From: Bdellovibrionota bacterium
GTDB taxonomy: Bacteria > Bdellovibrionota_C > UBA2361 > JBIKUX01
Assembly (NCBI GenBank): GCA_044347345.1
Contig: JBIKUX010000001.1
Location: forward strand, 97,024 to 161,023
Direction: 5' to 3'
DNA: 64,000 bases
Positions 19,688 to 30,852 of this stretch are shown one piece after another. Below the pieces are notes generated by a model, which had not been told where the DNA came from, did not search any database, and saw nothing but the letters and a program-made list of their open reading frames with translations. The position numbers were made by a program, and so were the translations under genes. Each line of letters starts with the position of its first letter. The first letter of the stretch is position 1.

Positions 19688-20197
19688 ATGCACCAAACAA
19701 GAGTAAAGATATCCTCTCAACTAGCAAAAACTGTGATGAGCATCTGCTATCTCGGATATTTTACTCGAGCACCTGGTACTGTTGGATCACTAATCACAGT
19801 AATTTTTTGGCTGGGATTGTCTCATTATTGTTATTTTATTGACACCAAGCTCCTCTCTGGGCTCATGGTACTTACGGGCATAGTACTTGGATGGCTATCG
19901 TTAAACATTTACTTCCGCGAGAAGCATGATACTACGGAAAATAATTGGAACGACCCAAGCTGGGTGATAATCGATGAGTGGGTCGGAATGAGCATAGCCT
20001 TGCTTCCCTTAAGTGGAGCTTACTTTGTTGATTCAGCTATAGTGTTTTTTCTATTTAGAGTCTTCGATATATGGAAACCAGGATTTATAAAAAACGTACA
20101 AGATATTCCAGGAGCCATTGGGGTATTACTTGATGACGTGCTAGCTGGTATCTTAGCTGCGATAATCTACTGGTGCTTCAAGTTAATTTTAATATGA
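19688..20197 (+). CDS. pgpA: Phosphatidylglycerophosphatase A.
   Basis: 169 aa with a PgpA-like N-terminus (YLGYFTRAPGTVGSL) and hydrophobic helices. Confidence 0.75.
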   Translation: MHQTRVKISSQLAKTVMSICYLGYFTRAPGTVGSLITVIFWLGLSHYCYFIDTKLLSGLMVLTGIVLGWLSLNIYFREKHDTTENNWNDPSWVIIDEWVGMSIALLPLSGAYFVDSAIVFFLFRVFDIWKPGFIKNVQDIPGAIGVLLDDVLAGILAAIIYWCFKLILI

Positions 20198-21405
20198 TTA
20201 ATCTAAAGTTTTATTTTTCCCTGTTTAGTTCAAAGAACTCTCAAGCTATCCTCTCTTATTTGATTATTTTTACACTAATGTCCTCGACGATTTCAGCACA
20301 GGACTCCTCTTTTACTGAACCTGTTTTACCAAGTGTCATTGATTTATCTTCGCAGAAAAAAACAGATAAACCTTTGCAGGAAAAACCTCTCAAGAAATTA
20401 ACTGCGTCACCCTCACCACTAGTATCTTCATTAATAGATTCCGGAATTATTCAAACAAGTTTCACTCTCAGCGCTCCACCTTCAGCTACATTCGATATTT
20501 CTGGTCGAATCGCTTTTACGGCAAAAGTTAAAGATACTGAGGGTATTTTCGTGCTCGATCTCGATTCAAATACTTTTTCACCATTAATTCTCGGACCTGG
20601 TAACAACCGCTACCCAACAATTTCTCCAGATGGAAAATACATCGCCTTTGTATCCGACCGCGATGGTAACAGCGAAATATATGTTACACGCTGGGATGGC
20701 ACTTCTGTAACAAGGATTACAAAAAACTCAACTGAAGATACAGACCCAACTTGGCTTCCTCGTACTTCTGCTATCCTGTTCTCGCGAATAGCAGGTAAAG
20801 AGCCAAATATTACTACTGAACTACGAATAGCCTCACTTGTAGACAATAATCAGCAATTGACCAGCAATGAAGTCTTACTATGCAATCTTAAAGGCCGTAA
20901 TGTGAACGCGGCATGGACTCCAATTAAAGATATGGTGACCTATTCATCAAATCGTTTCTGGCCTGGTTGGGATATTTGTGGATGGCAAATTGCATCTAAA
21001 AGTGAACGATGCTTTTTTGGAGGAGATGAATCTTTCGGCAGAGCTAAATGGTCTCCTGACGGTCTTCAATTAGTCTTTTCACATGGTGATGGAAGAAATA
21101 TGAATTTAGGTCTATCACTGCTCGGCAAAAAATCTTTTTCCGATATAACAACATCGGCAGGAAACGAATATGACCCCGAATGGTCACCAAACGGAGAGTA
21201 TTTAATTTTCGTAGCGGACGGAGCGACTCAAATATATCAGCCCTATATTTTGAAACTTGAAGACCGCTCCTACAAGCAACTTTTCAAAAGCCTTTTTTCA
21301 ATTCGCTATCTTTCTTGGTCACCACATAAAACTACAGATCTTGAGATTGACAGAATTTCTCAGATGGAAAACTCCAAGGTTACTGAAGAAAATGACCTTA
21401 ACTAA
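20194..21405 (+). CDS. Periplasmic TolB-like WD40 beta-propeller protein. Proposed start is the ATG at 20194, overlapping the pgpA stop.
   Basis: Signal peptide. Repeated PDGKYIAFVSDRDGNSEIYV and SPDGLQLVF-type blades are characteristic of TolB-like propellers. Confidence 0.7.
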   Translation: MINLKFYFSLFSSKNSQAILSYLIIFTLMSSTISAQDSSFTEPVLPSVIDLSSQKKTDKPLQEKPLKKLTASPSPLVSSLIDSGIIQTSFTLSAPPSATFDISGRIAFTAKVKDTEGIFVLDLDSNTFSPLILGPGNNRYPTISPDGKYIAFVSDRDGNSEIYVTRWDGTSVTRITKNSTEDTDPTWLPRTSAILFSRIAGKEPNITTELRIASLVDNNQQLTSNEVLLCNLKGRNVNAAWTPIKDMVTYSSNRFWPGWDICGWQIASKSERCFFGGDESFGRAKWSPDGLQLVFSHGDGRNMNLGLSLLGKKSFSDITTSAGNEYDPEWSPNGEYLIFVADGATQIYQPYILKLEDRSYKQLFKSLFSIRYLSWSPHKTTDLEIDRISQMENSKVTEENDLN

Positions 21406-22540
21406 ATTGACTTATAATAAGCGATTTCTATCTACGCTAATTTTTTTTACCATTACTTCGAGTATATTTTCAGCCGGATGTAACCCACTATACGTAGCTC
21501 GAGCTGGGATGAACGGTGCTTTATTTATTCTTCGGCGACAACCGATTGATACCGTTATAACCAACCCATCTACTCCGGTAGAAATTCAAAGAAAACTTAA
21601 TCTAATAAAAGCAGCCCGCCATTACGCTATATCAAGGGGTCTTACTCCTTATGGCTCTTTTACCTATTACACAGAAGTGAAAGGTGATGCCGTTAGCTGG
21701 TTAGTGACAGCAGTAAAAAAAGGTTCCTTTGTCCCCAAAACTTGGTGGTTTCCATTCGTAGGAACAGTGCCCTACAAAGGGTTTTTCTCAAAAAATGAGG
21801 CAGATCATGCAAGTAACTCCTTAATTGCAGATAACTACGATACGAATGTCCGTGTTGTTGAGGCCTACAGCACACTCGGTTGGTTTGATGACCCAGTGCC
21901 TTCATTACTATTAAAACGCTCAGATATTCAGTTAGTCGAAAACGTAATTCACGAAATAGTCCACTCAACCGTGTGGATTCCTAATCAAGTTTCTGTCAAT
22001 GAAAGCCTTGCGCAGTATATTGCTTTACGAGAAACAATCCGATTTTTTCTCGATTCTTCTCATGAGTTTTATTCTATTAATACTGCCGATACTGCTAAAA
22101 ACAGTAGTGAAAAATACATTCTTTCTGCTAAGCGATTCGAACAACTTTTTCGACAATTATTGGCTCTTTATGAAAAACAAGAAATAAGTGCCCAAAAAAA
22201 AGAGGAAATACAAAAAGAATTATATCAACAAACAATAAATGATGTTCGTACCTTTGCGCCACAGTTTGTGTTTGTTGAAGCTCCGAATAATGCAGCTTTA
22301 CTGGATGTAATACTTTATCTGCAAGGATATGACCTTTGGTCAAAAATGTATGATAAGTATGATGGTGAAATACCTAAAATTATGAGCAAAGTGCAGTCAT
22401 TTGCAGTAAAATACACCGAATACCTAGAGCATCTGAAAGAGTTTAATTTTAAGTCTAAATCCAAACATAATAATGTAACGGGCGATGAGAGTACCGCTAC
22501 TCCTCAGCTTATCGATTTTATCCGACAAAAATTAACCTAA
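21392..22540 (+). CDS. Putative secreted zinc metallopeptidase (HExxH). Proposed start is the ATG at 21392; the ORF track start overlaps the preceding gene by 149 bp.
   Basis: An HEIVH motif (VIHEIVHSTVW) follows a signal-like N-terminus (LSTLIFFTITSSIFSAGC). The family cannot be assigned by eye. Confidence 0.45.
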   Translation: MTLTKLTYNKRFLSTLIFFTITSSIFSAGCNPLYVARAGMNGALFILRRQPIDTVITNPSTPVEIQRKLNLIKAARHYAISRGLTPYGSFTYYTEVKGDAVSWLVTAVKKGSFVPKTWWFPFVGTVPYKGFFSKNEADHASNSLIADNYDTNVRVVEAYSTLGWFDDPVPSLLLKRSDIQLVENVIHEIVHSTVWIPNQVSVNESLAQYIALRETIRFFLDSSHEFYSINTADTAKNSSEKYILSAKRFEQLFRQLLALYEKQEISAQKKEEIQKELYQQTINDVRTFAPQFVFVEAPNNAALLDVILYLQGYDLWSKMYDKYDGEIPKIMSKVQSFAVKYTEYLEHLKEFNFKSKSKHNNVTGDESTATPQLIDFIRQKLT

Positions 22541-22597
22541 TTATTTTTTTGAGCCTTCTTTTCTTCTGATAATTCGAGGTGTAATAGTCTTGACTAT

Positions 22598-23638
22598 ATG
22601 TTAATAAAAAAATTTAATTCTCAAATCTCATCACCCTCTTACCACTTTGCGGACTATTTACTAAAACGAGTGAAGAAACATAAGTCAGTCTTAGTTGTCG
22701 GTCTTGATCCTCAAATAGAGGAAATACCAGATTTATTGCATGATAAGGCTCAAAAAAACTCTCTAACCGATGAAGATTTCATACATAATCTTCTGACAGA
22801 TTATTATCGCGGTGTTTTAATTCAAATAGCAGAGAGCATTCTAGCCATAAAGCCCAATATAGCCTTCTTTGAACAATTTGGCATAGGTGGCTTGCGAGCT
22901 TTTGCTACTGTGATAAGTATCGCGAAAGAGTTAAAAGTCCCTATCATTGCTGATATAAAACGCGGAGATATAGGTTCTACCGCCACAGCTTATGCAAATG
23001 CATATTTGCCAGCGCGCCGAAGTTACCGTAATTCTCTCAATGAATTTGCTGTAGATGCCATTACCATTTCACCGTTTCTTGGACTTGATTCGTTGAGTCC
23101 GATCATTTCAGTAGCAAAAGATCATGGCAAAGGAGTGTTTATTTTAGTAAAGACCTCCAATGAGGGTAGTAAAGACCTACAAGATAAAATTCTAAGTGAT
23201 GCCCAAATTAGTGTGTCACAACAAGTTGCTGAATGGATCACTTCTCTAGGTGAAGGGTCTCACGGAGAATCAGGTTATTCTCTTCTTGGAGCAGTTGTTG
23301 GAGCGACTTTTCCAGAACATCTTGCGTTTTTCCGTTCTCTCCTGACATCCGAATTATTCTTAATTCCTGGAGTAGGAAGTCAAGGTGGTGCTGTTCAAGA
23401 TATCGCTCCTGCTTTTTCTACGAGCTCTAATTGTTTAGGACCTGGAGCCGTAGTAAATGTCTCCCGCGGTATCTTTAAAGATGCTTTCATGAAAGTATAC
23501 AGACAAAATCATCGAGACTTTTCGAGCGAACAACTTAACTGTAAAAATGACCAATTTAAACAATGGAATAATGAAATTATTAATTTAGTGCGCTCATTTA
23601 ACCAATCACTTCAAAGTGTAATATCTTCACAGGACTGA
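22598..23638 (+). CDS. pyrF: Orotidine 5'-phosphate decarboxylase (type 2-like, with a C-terminal extension).
   Basis: LVVGLDPQ...IIADIKRGDIGSTA matches the OMP decarboxylase active-site region (DxKxxDI). Confidence 0.75.
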   Translation: MLIKKFNSQISSPSYHFADYLLKRVKKHKSVLVVGLDPQIEEIPDLLHDKAQKNSLTDEDFIHNLLTDYYRGVLIQIAESILAIKPNIAFFEQFGIGGLRAFATVISIAKELKVPIIADIKRGDIGSTATAYANAYLPARRSYRNSLNEFAVDAITISPFLGLDSLSPIISVAKDHGKGVFILVKTSNEGSKDLQDKILSDAQISVSQQVAEWITSLGEGSHGESGYSLLGAVVGATFPEHLAFFRSLLTSELFLIPGVGSQGGAVQDIAPAFSTSSNCLGPGAVVNVSRGIFKDAFMKVYRQNHRDFSSEQLNCKNDQFKQWNNEIINLVRSFNQSLQSVISSQD

Positions 23639-23640
23639 AT

Positions 23641-26094
23641 GTGACCTCACCTTTTCGATTACTCGCTGGAGAACTGCCTATCGGTTCACTTGTAATTTAT
23701 GAGATTAATAGCGTACCAACTTTAGGCCGCGTCCTTAAACAAAAAGATGGAAAATGTACCATTTTAAATGAACGAGGCGAGGAATTATTACTTCCAATAT
23801 CGCGTCTTACTTCATTTAAAGCCCCCCAAAAAGTCTTCCGATTTGAAGCGGCAACTGATAGCGATACAAAAATATCTTCAAAAATAGCAAAACAAAGCAT
23901 TGCCGAAACTCTCAAAAAAATAGGAGAAAAAGTTACAGAGCATGCCTCTCAGATCAATTTACCTGAACTTTGGAGTTTAGTCAGCGAAGAACCTAATAAT
24001 TACACCATTCACCAATTAGCAGAGCTTCTACCAACTCAAGATTCAGATCACTTTACAAATTTAGCTTCTGAGCTAGGAATCGATGCAGAGGATATTACAT
24101 GCCTTCCTACCATCGCACTACACCTTGCTATTATAAAAGACCGTATTTATTTTCGGCGACAAGACCGCCACTTTATACCCCGTTCAGAAACAGCGGTAGA
24201 AGAACTTAAAAAAGCTGAAGAAGCACTTAAACAGCGACAAGATAAAGAGGATGCTCTATTTGCTACTTTAGTAGCATTAACTACAAATGAGGATAAGGCC
24301 TTTTTAGAAGAAATTCGCGCGTCATTACAAGTTAAAAACTTGATGAGGATGGCGGCGCAGATAGAAGATCCCGACCCGTCTCGTCGAAAAGAAACTAAAT
24401 TATTTTTAGAAAGATTAGAAAAAGTCCTTCAAGACAAAAATCCTATTTTCGGCTCAGAAATTGAACGAACAGACTCATTTCGGGCTCGTCTTGTGTTAGC
24501 AAAATTAGGACTTATATCAATTGATGAAAATCTTTTTTATCTTAAATCTAATGTCGAGGTTCCCTTCTCTTCAACAGTAGAGGTTTGGATCCCAAACATT
24601 ATCGAAAGAACTCAAGCCTCGGTACGAAATGCTACTCGACCAATTACAGACCTTACTGGCGATTCAGGAGTATCTCATTCTCTTCTAGGCGAAATAGATA
24701 TCACTCTTATTTCTGGTAGAATTGCATTGTCGACACCATCAATAGTAACAATTGACGATCCAACAACTAACGATCGTGATGATGGTCTATCTTTAGAATT
24801 ATTAAATTCTTCTGCCCATACCTATTTATGGAGGCTAGGTGTGCATATCTCTGATGTCGCATCAAGCATTGGCAGTGTTGGCTCATCTCAGAGTAACAAT
24901 GATTCTTCAGATCCACTCGAATCATTGGCTTCAGAACGTCTAACTTCAGTTTACTGCTCTGATATAACTCGCCATATGTTACCAAAAGACCTAGTAGAGA
25001 AAGCCTTCAGCTTAGACGAAGGAACTAAACGCCCAGCTCTTTCGCTTTTTATCACCTATAACGAAGACGTAGCAACTGGAGAATGCAGTATTGAAAATGT
25101 ATCTTTTGCACAAACTGCCGTCAGTATACAAAAAAATTGGGGTTATGATGAAGTTGATCAAATAATAGAAAATTTCTCACCAGCGTTAGCGCTCATCAGC
25201 CTGACTCCAGCCCTTAGCCTAATTGAAACTGAGTCATCAACTGAAATCAAAGCCTCAGAGACTCCATCTGAAGCAGATCATAATCTTTCATCTCTTCAAT
25301 ATTTCTCGGCACTTCACAGATTTGCTAAATGGTTTGAAACTCACCGAAGCAAGTCAGGTGCCCAAGAGTTTGATAATCGTGATATCTCAGTAGTGTATTG
25401 TGAAAAAACGGATTCTCTGATTTTAACAGAGACCACAATGTCATCTCCATCCCGTCTCACTATTCGTGAACTCATGATCTGTTATAACTGGTTGGTCGCC
25501 GAGGCAGCAAGCCGCACCAATACCTCTATTCCCTTTAGAACTCAATCACCGCCACAATCTTCTGCTAATGATTCTTTTGAAATACCTCTCTCTTCTGGGC
25601 CAGCGCGTGATTATTTAGCTAAAGGACGCCTAAATCGATCCTTGTGGGGGACTGAGGCAAAACCACATTTTTCTTTAGGCTTACCGTGTTACTGTCAAGC
25701 TACTTCTCCAATCAGGAGATACTACGACCTTTTAGCTCAGCAACAGATTCGTTCGCTTCTTAATCAAGAGTCTCCGCCTTATTCTAAAGATAGAATTGCA
25801 GAAAAACTGGAACAAAGCGCGCCGTATTTAATAGCCACGCAATTAGTAGCAAAAGATTCTAAGAGGTTTTGGATGTTACGCTACTTGGCTCAAGAAAAGA
25901 CTCGTAATAATAGCGTATTTGAAGGAGTAGTAGTTAGAGCCGACAATAGAGGAATCCTTGCTCTTATTCCTTCCATACAACTTACTTGCCTTGTAAAAAA
26001 TGTTTCTTCATTAAAACTGGGTGATTCAGTAAAGGTTAAACTAGTAAAAATCGATCCATACAATGACTTTATTAAATGGCAATTGGTAGTTTAA
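23641..26094 (+). CDS. rnr: RNase II/R-family 3'-5' exoribonuclease.
   Basis: 817 aa. RNB catalytic motif (IDDPTTNDRDDGLSLE). C-terminal S1-like segment (KLGDSVKVKLVKIDP). The length fits RNase R. Confidence 0.75.
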   Translation: MTSPFRLLAGELPIGSLVIYEINSVPTLGRVLKQKDGKCTILNERGEELLLPISRLTSFKAPQKVFRFEAATDSDTKISSKIAKQSIAETLKKIGEKVTEHASQINLPELWSLVSEEPNNYTIHQLAELLPTQDSDHFTNLASELGIDAEDITCLPTIALHLAIIKDRIYFRRQDRHFIPRSETAVEELKKAEEALKQRQDKEDALFATLVALTTNEDKAFLEEIRASLQVKNLMRMAAQIEDPDPSRRKETKLFLERLEKVLQDKNPIFGSEIERTDSFRARLVLAKLGLISIDENLFYLKSNVEVPFSSTVEVWIPNIIERTQASVRNATRPITDLTGDSGVSHSLLGEIDITLISGRIALSTPSIVTIDDPTTNDRDDGLSLELLNSSAHTYLWRLGVHISDVASSIGSVGSSQSNNDSSDPLESLASERLTSVYCSDITRHMLPKDLVEKAFSLDEGTKRPALSLFITYNEDVATGECSIENVSFAQTAVSIQKNWGYDEVDQIIENFSPALALISLTPALSLIETESSTEIKASETPSEADHNLSSLQYFSALHRFAKWFETHRSKSGAQEFDNRDISVVYCEKTDSLILTETTMSSPSRLTIRELMICYNWLVAEAASRTNTSIPFRTQSPPQSSANDSFEIPLSSGPARDYLAKGRLNRSLWGTEAKPHFSLGLPCYCQATSPIRRYYDLLAQQQIRSLLNQESPPYSKDRIAEKLEQSAPYLIATQLVAKDSKRFWMLRYLAQEKTRNNSVFEGVVVRADNRGILALIPSIQLTCLVKNVSSLKLGDSVKVKLVKIDPYNDFIKWQLVV

Positions 26095-27341
26095 TTAGTT
26101 AAAGGTGAGTAACTAGAAAATCTTCTTGCTACATCATCATCAGTCTGAGCAAACTCACTTTGACGAGCATATACCTCCTGCTCAGCTAGGGAATTAAGAG
26201 CTAACCCTTTTGTACCAAAGCGAGCTATAACTTGCTCATCTTTAACTACGGGTAACACATCTTTTATTGGCCCACTACCAGGTAAAGACCTTTCCATAAT
26301 GGGAACTAATCTACGACTAATATTTGATGCTTCGCAAAATTGTCTTAAAAATGAAAATGCAGCACGCTCAGGATAAGCATGCGCTGCAACAGGACTTAAA
26401 GATTTAGATACATTAGAACTGAAGCTCCACTTAATTGAAGACTTCGTTGAGCCATCGAGTACTAAGTAAGATATCTTAGGAGTTTTATATGCTATCTTTT
26501 TTATAAAATAACCATGATTAATTAAGTCACTATTTCGTTTAAAAAGAAACGAATCTATATCCACTTTATAAAATTCATCTCTAATTAATGGTTTAATCAT
26601 TTGAACTTCAATTAAGCTCTCTTTAAGTAAACATTGATCAGAGCTATCAATTATAACGAAATTGTGTCGATCCCTAAAAACTAATAAGCCGACCTTTGGA
26701 TTATCAACCTTTACTATGTACCGCTCACATGCGTACCATCCATTCGATTTATTTGTAATTTTTGGAATTGTCTCTGTCGCATCAACTACTACACTTGTAA
26801 TTACATGTAACTGCTTACCACTTGCAGCTTGCTCTAACTGAAGATTTACGCGACCATCCGCCGCTAAACTAGAGCTTATAGGTCGGACGTAGTTCATGAC
26901 TACTGCACCCTCATCGCGAGCCGATACAATCTGCTCCATCACTAACCTAGGAGCATTCCACCAAGGTAGAGTAACTGTTTTATGAAACCATGAGTTATCT
27001 AAACAAGTGACTGAAGTATGACCAACTAGATGAGGAGCTGAAATACTCCTCGTAGTAAACAGTGTGTCTTTTTTTAACCTTCGCCACCAAGGCTTAACTA
27101 ATTCAAGGGGATTTATTCCCACATGCCCACTTAAAGGCGTATCAAGAAAATCATTTTGAGAGATGAGAAGAGTTGAAAAAGAATTGAGCGCTGACGTCCG
27201 AGCAACGAGTGCCCCTAGAAGTCCTCCTCCAATCACAACAACATCATAAAAGTCAGGATTAGTGCCTTTGGATATGTAAGACTTATTTAATGATTTAGTA
27301 TCAAGGATCATAGATTGCGGCACAAACCGCTCAAAAGACAT
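26091..27341 (-). CDS. FAD-dependent oxidoreductase (glycerol-3-phosphate / 2-hydroxyglutarate dehydrogenase-like).
   Basis: N-terminal dinucleotide-binding motif (DVVVIGGGLLGALVA). About 416 aa. Confidence 0.55.
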   Translation of the reverse strand: MSFERFVPQSMILDTKSLNKSYISKGTNPDFYDVVVIGGGLLGALVARTSALNSFSTLLISQNDFLDTPLSGHVGINPLELVKPWWRRLKKDTLFTTRSISAPHLVGHTSVTCLDNSWFHKTVTLPWWNAPRLVMEQIVSARDEGAVVMNYVRPISSSLAADGRVNLQLEQAASGKQLHVITSVVVDATETIPKITNKSNGWYACERYIVKVDNPKVGLLVFRDRHNFVIIDSSDQCLLKESLIEVQMIKPLIRDEFYKVDIDSFLFKRNSDLINHGYFIKKIAYKTPKISYLVLDGSTKSSIKWSFSSNVSKSLSPVAAHAYPERAAFSFLRQFCEASNISRRLVPIMERSLPGSGPIKDVLPVVKDEQVIARFGTKGLALNSLAEQEVYARQSEFAQTDDDVARRFSSYSPLTN

Positions 27342-27385
27342 TTATCCACTCCTCCCTTTGATACAATCCACTAAACACTTTAACT

Positions 27386-27691
27386 TTACTGATTAGCTGG
27401 ATCTCTATTTACCGAAACCACACGCCCTTTAGAGGTTATAATCTTCCACATTCCTGGTTTTATATTGGCAAACTTTATAATTCTTCCACTACCTAATCCC
27501 TTAATTTGTGATTCCACAGCATCAAGACGGTCAAGAGTTGCTACTGTATTACCATCATTAGTTTCTTGTGATTCAGACAAAACAACCACGATATTAGCCG
27601 GCGCAGATACTGAAGCTATAAGACGCACTAAACCAGTTTCATCAACAATTCTTAATTCATCAGCAAAACACTTAGCCTCAAATATTAGATT
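27386..27691 (-). CDS. Hypothetical small protein downstream of purD. Proposed start is Met-21 of the ORF-track protein (MNLIFEAK...).
   Basis: An ORF of about 100 aa, co-oriented with purHD. No recognisable motif. Confidence 0.35.
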   Translation of the reverse strand, partial: NLIFEAKCFADELRIVDETGLVRLIASVSAPANIVVVLSESQETNDGNTVATLDRLDAVESQIKGLGSGRIIKFANIKPGMWKIITSKGRVVSVNRDPANQ

Positions 27692-27762
27692 CATAAACTG
27701 GAAAATAAGACAAAAAATATAAAAAAAATGAAAGAATTCCCTTTTAAGCATCTTTTTATTTA

Positions 27763-29025
27763 TTAACCGTTTAGTGCACCAATATCTCTTCGATAAAATG
27801 CTCCTCTAATCGTAAGTTTTTCGCAGGCAGAATAGGCACTTTTAAGGGCATCGCTTACTTGCTTACCTTGAGCACTAATGTTGAGAACTCGCCCTCCAGA
27901 TGTTACTAAGCTATCGTCTCTTAACTTAGTACCAGCATGAAAAACAATTACGTCTTGAACCGACTCAGCTTCTTCTAATCCATTTATGATATCACCGGTT
28001 ACCAAAGCAGTTGCATCCGGATATCCTTGTGAAGCTACTACGACACAAACTGAAGAATTAGTACTCCAAATAACTGGAGAGGTAACCTTATCACCAGATG
28101 CAAGTGGTAAAACAATATCGATTAATGATGACTCTAGTCGAGTAAGAATAACCTGAGCTTCTGGATCTCCTAGTCTAGCATTAAACTCTATTACCTGAGG
28201 ATTCTGTCCCTCCGGTACTATTAGCCCAGCGTAAAGAAAACCTCGGTAAATTATATTTCTGTTCCGTAATTCTCGTAACATAGGAGCGATAATATAATCT
28301 CTAACATATTCTTCCTGCTGAGAAGAAAGATAGGGAGTTGGTGAAATTGCACCCATTCCCCCCGTATTTGATCCCTTATTACCATCACCTACTCTCTTGT
28401 AATCATGGGAAGCTACCATCGGAACAATATCTTCTCCGTTAGTAGCAACTATGTAAGATGCTTCAACTCCCCTAATAAACTCTTCAACCAATACAATTTG
28501 AGCATTTAATTGATTGAATAAATACTCGACTCCGTGAAGTAACTCCTTATCCGTAAAACAAATAACGACTCCCTTACCAGCAGCTAATCCATCCGCTTTC
28601 AGCACAACTGGGAAACCTGTCTCTTTGCCCTGAAAAATTGCAGCTTCTGGAGTGTTGACAATAATACTTCTTGGTGTCGGTACACCGGCTGCCCGCATAA
28701 TATCCTTGGAAAAACTCTTTGATGCTTCGAGTAAAGCACCGTCTTTACCTGGACCAAAGGTCGCAATCTGTACATTCCTGAGGGCATCAGCTAATCCAAG
28801 AGATAACGGATATTCAGGACCAACAATAACAAGATCTATCTTTTTTAATGTAGCAAACTCTACAATTCCTGAAATGTCATCAATTTTTATCGGTATACAC
28901 TCGGCTCGTTTTGCTATACCCGGATTACCAGGAGCACAATATAATTTATCTACTCGCGCATCACTCGAAATTTTCCATATTAATGCGTGCTCACGGCCAC
29001 CGTTTCCAATAATTAAAATTCGCAT
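27763..29025 (-). CDS. purD: Phosphoribosylamine--glycine ligase.
   Basis: MRILIIGNGGREHAL start and the ATP-grasp region are typical of PurD. 420 aa. Confidence 0.95.
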   Translation of the reverse strand: MRILIIGNGGREHALIWKISSDARVDKLYCAPGNPGIAKRAECIPIKIDDISGIVEFATLKKIDLVIVGPEYPLSLGLADALRNVQIATFGPGKDGALLEASKSFSKDIMRAAGVPTPRSIIVNTPEAAIFQGKETGFPVVLKADGLAAGKGVVICFTDKELLHGVEYLFNQLNAQIVLVEEFIRGVEASYIVATNGEDIVPMVASHDYKRVGDGNKGSNTGGMGAISPTPYLSSQQEEYVRDYIIAPMLRELRNRNIIYRGFLYAGLIVPEGQNPQVIEFNARLGDPEAQVILTRLESSLIDIVLPLASGDKVTSPVIWSTNSSVCVVVASQGYPDATALVTGDIINGLEEAESVQDVIVFHAGTKLRDDSLVTSGGRVLNISAQGKQVSDALKSAYSACEKLTIRGAFYRRDIGALNG

Positions 29026-29064
29026 AATCTAGGTCTCTAGTTGAGTTTACTATCTATAAATAAA

Positions 29065-30729
29065 TTAGTGACGGAAATGTCTATGTTCGGCAAATAATAA
29101 TGTTACTCCTGCTTGAGAAGCAGCGGATATAACCTCATCGTCTCGCTTTGCACCGCCAGGAACAATAATAGTCCCAACACCAGCATCAGAAAGCACCTGA
29201 ACAGTATCGGGAAAAGGGAAAAAAGCATCTGATGCTACAATAGCTCCCTTCGTAGAATGACCATGACGACGTGCTCGAGAAAGAGCTAATTCAGCGGAAT
29301 CAATCCTACTCATTTGACCTGCTCCTACACCTATTAGCATGTCATTGTTTACTAACACTATGGCATTAGAACTGACTCGCGCACATATACCCCATGCTAA
29401 CGCAATTGATTGCAAAATAGAGCTCGTTGGCTTTTTTCCAGTCATACATCGAGCTAAATTGACCTCTTCTAATGCACGCTCGAAATATAAATCATCAGGT
29501 TCTTGTACTAATGTACCTCCAACTACTTGTCTGATCTCTTTTGGAATTTTAAGGGTTCGAAAGCTAGGTGCTATTACAATTCTAAGAGCTTTCTTTTTTG
29601 CAAAGACTTCTCTGGCGTTAATATCAATACCAGGAGCTACGACTACTTCAGCAAAATCAGAAGTTATTTCTTCGGCCACTTCTTTTGTAATAATAGAAGT
29701 ACATCCCACAATTCCGCCAAAATGGCTCCTTGGATCACCTTGTTTTGCTCCTTCAAGAGCTGATACTAAAGTAGGACGAAGAGCAGCTCCACATGGATTA
29801 AGATGCTTTACAATAACCACACCACATTGATTACAATGAGTGTCTTCGGGAAAAGCTCGCATAAGAAGAAGGGTCGCATTAAGGTCTAAAATATTATTAT
29901 AGGAAAGTGGCTTTCCTTGCAGAAGATACCAAGGATTCTTATCTGAATAATTCTCACTTTCTGATAAGTAGTTTGGATTTAATTTTTTTTGAGATAATTT
30001 TTCGTTATACAAATTATAAATAGCAGCTTGCTGATGAGGATTTTCACCGTATCTCAATGATTGAGATCGTACTAAGACATCTCCAACAACTGGCTCAGTT
30101 AAATTATCAGTTAACTCTTTTTTTTCGACGGAAGAAGTAAGAAACTTTGCTATAGCCAAATCATAAGCAGCTGTAGCGGTAAATACTTTTGCGGCTAACT
30201 TAGTACGATATAAATCAGAAAATTTTTCACCAGCACTTATTAATCTTAAAACTTCTGGATAATCGGCTGGATCAATAACAGGTAAAACTGAACTACTATT
30301 TTTTGCTGCAGCGCGAAGCATCGTAGGCCCACCAATATCAATTAGCTCCCTGAGTTTTTTTTCATCATGTTCTCCCTGCTCAATAGCTGAAATAAAGGGA
30401 TACAAATTAACTACTGCTATAGCTATTGGAGTAATGTTATGAAGCGTTAGCTCTTGACAATGTTGTGGGTTACTAACACAAGCAAGTAATCCAGCATGAA
30501 TCTTTGGATGAAGAGTTTTTACTCGACCATTCAGTATTTCTTGTTGACCAGTGTATTCTTCAATTGATTCAACTGAGATACCAGCTTTTTGTAAGGCTTG
30601 CATTGTACCACCAGTAGCAAGAATACGATATCCTCCGTCAGTTAACCCTTGAGCTAGCGGAATTAAATCTGTCTTATCTGAAACGCTGACTAAAGCGTAG
30701 GGGCGTGAGCTTAAGAATGAGGCATTCAT
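29065..30729 (-). CDS. purH: Bifunctional AICAR transformylase / IMP cyclohydrolase.
   Basis: 554 aa with an MGS-like N-terminus (ALVSVSDKTDL...ILATGGT) and an AICARFT region. Adjacent to purD. Confidence 0.95.
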   Translation of the reverse strand: MNASFLSSRPYALVSVSDKTDLIPLAQGLTDGGYRILATGGTMQALQKAGISVESIEEYTGQQEILNGRVKTLHPKIHAGLLACVSNPQHCQELTLHNITPIAIAVVNLYPFISAIEQGEHDEKKLRELIDIGGPTMLRAAAKNSSSVLPVIDPADYPEVLRLISAGEKFSDLYRTKLAAKVFTATAAYDLAIAKFLTSSVEKKELTDNLTEPVVGDVLVRSQSLRYGENPHQQAAIYNLYNEKLSQKKLNPNYLSESENYSDKNPWYLLQGKPLSYNNILDLNATLLLMRAFPEDTHCNQCGVVIVKHLNPCGAALRPTLVSALEGAKQGDPRSHFGGIVGCTSIITKEVAEEITSDFAEVVVAPGIDINAREVFAKKKALRIVIAPSFRTLKIPKEIRQVVGGTLVQEPDDLYFERALEEVNLARCMTGKKPTSSILQSIALAWGICARVSSNAIVLVNNDMLIGVGAGQMSRIDSAELALSRARRHGHSTKGAIVASDAFFPFPDTVQVLSDAGVGTIIVPGGAKRDDEVISAASQAGVTLLFAEHRHFRH

Positions 30730-30852
30730 GAGGGAAGTTCCTTTTATACAAAGCGGACAGGTATAATTTAGAACGCTATAATGCCCTAAGGGAACTTTCT
30801 GATCAAAAATTCTTTGGTTTAAAATTATCCAATTAATCTTTTTAGCTTTTGT

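Noticed and set aside
29339-29830. 163-aa and 78-aa plus-strand ORFs inside purH
   Set aside because: They are antisense to a highly conserved purH coding sequence and are spurious.
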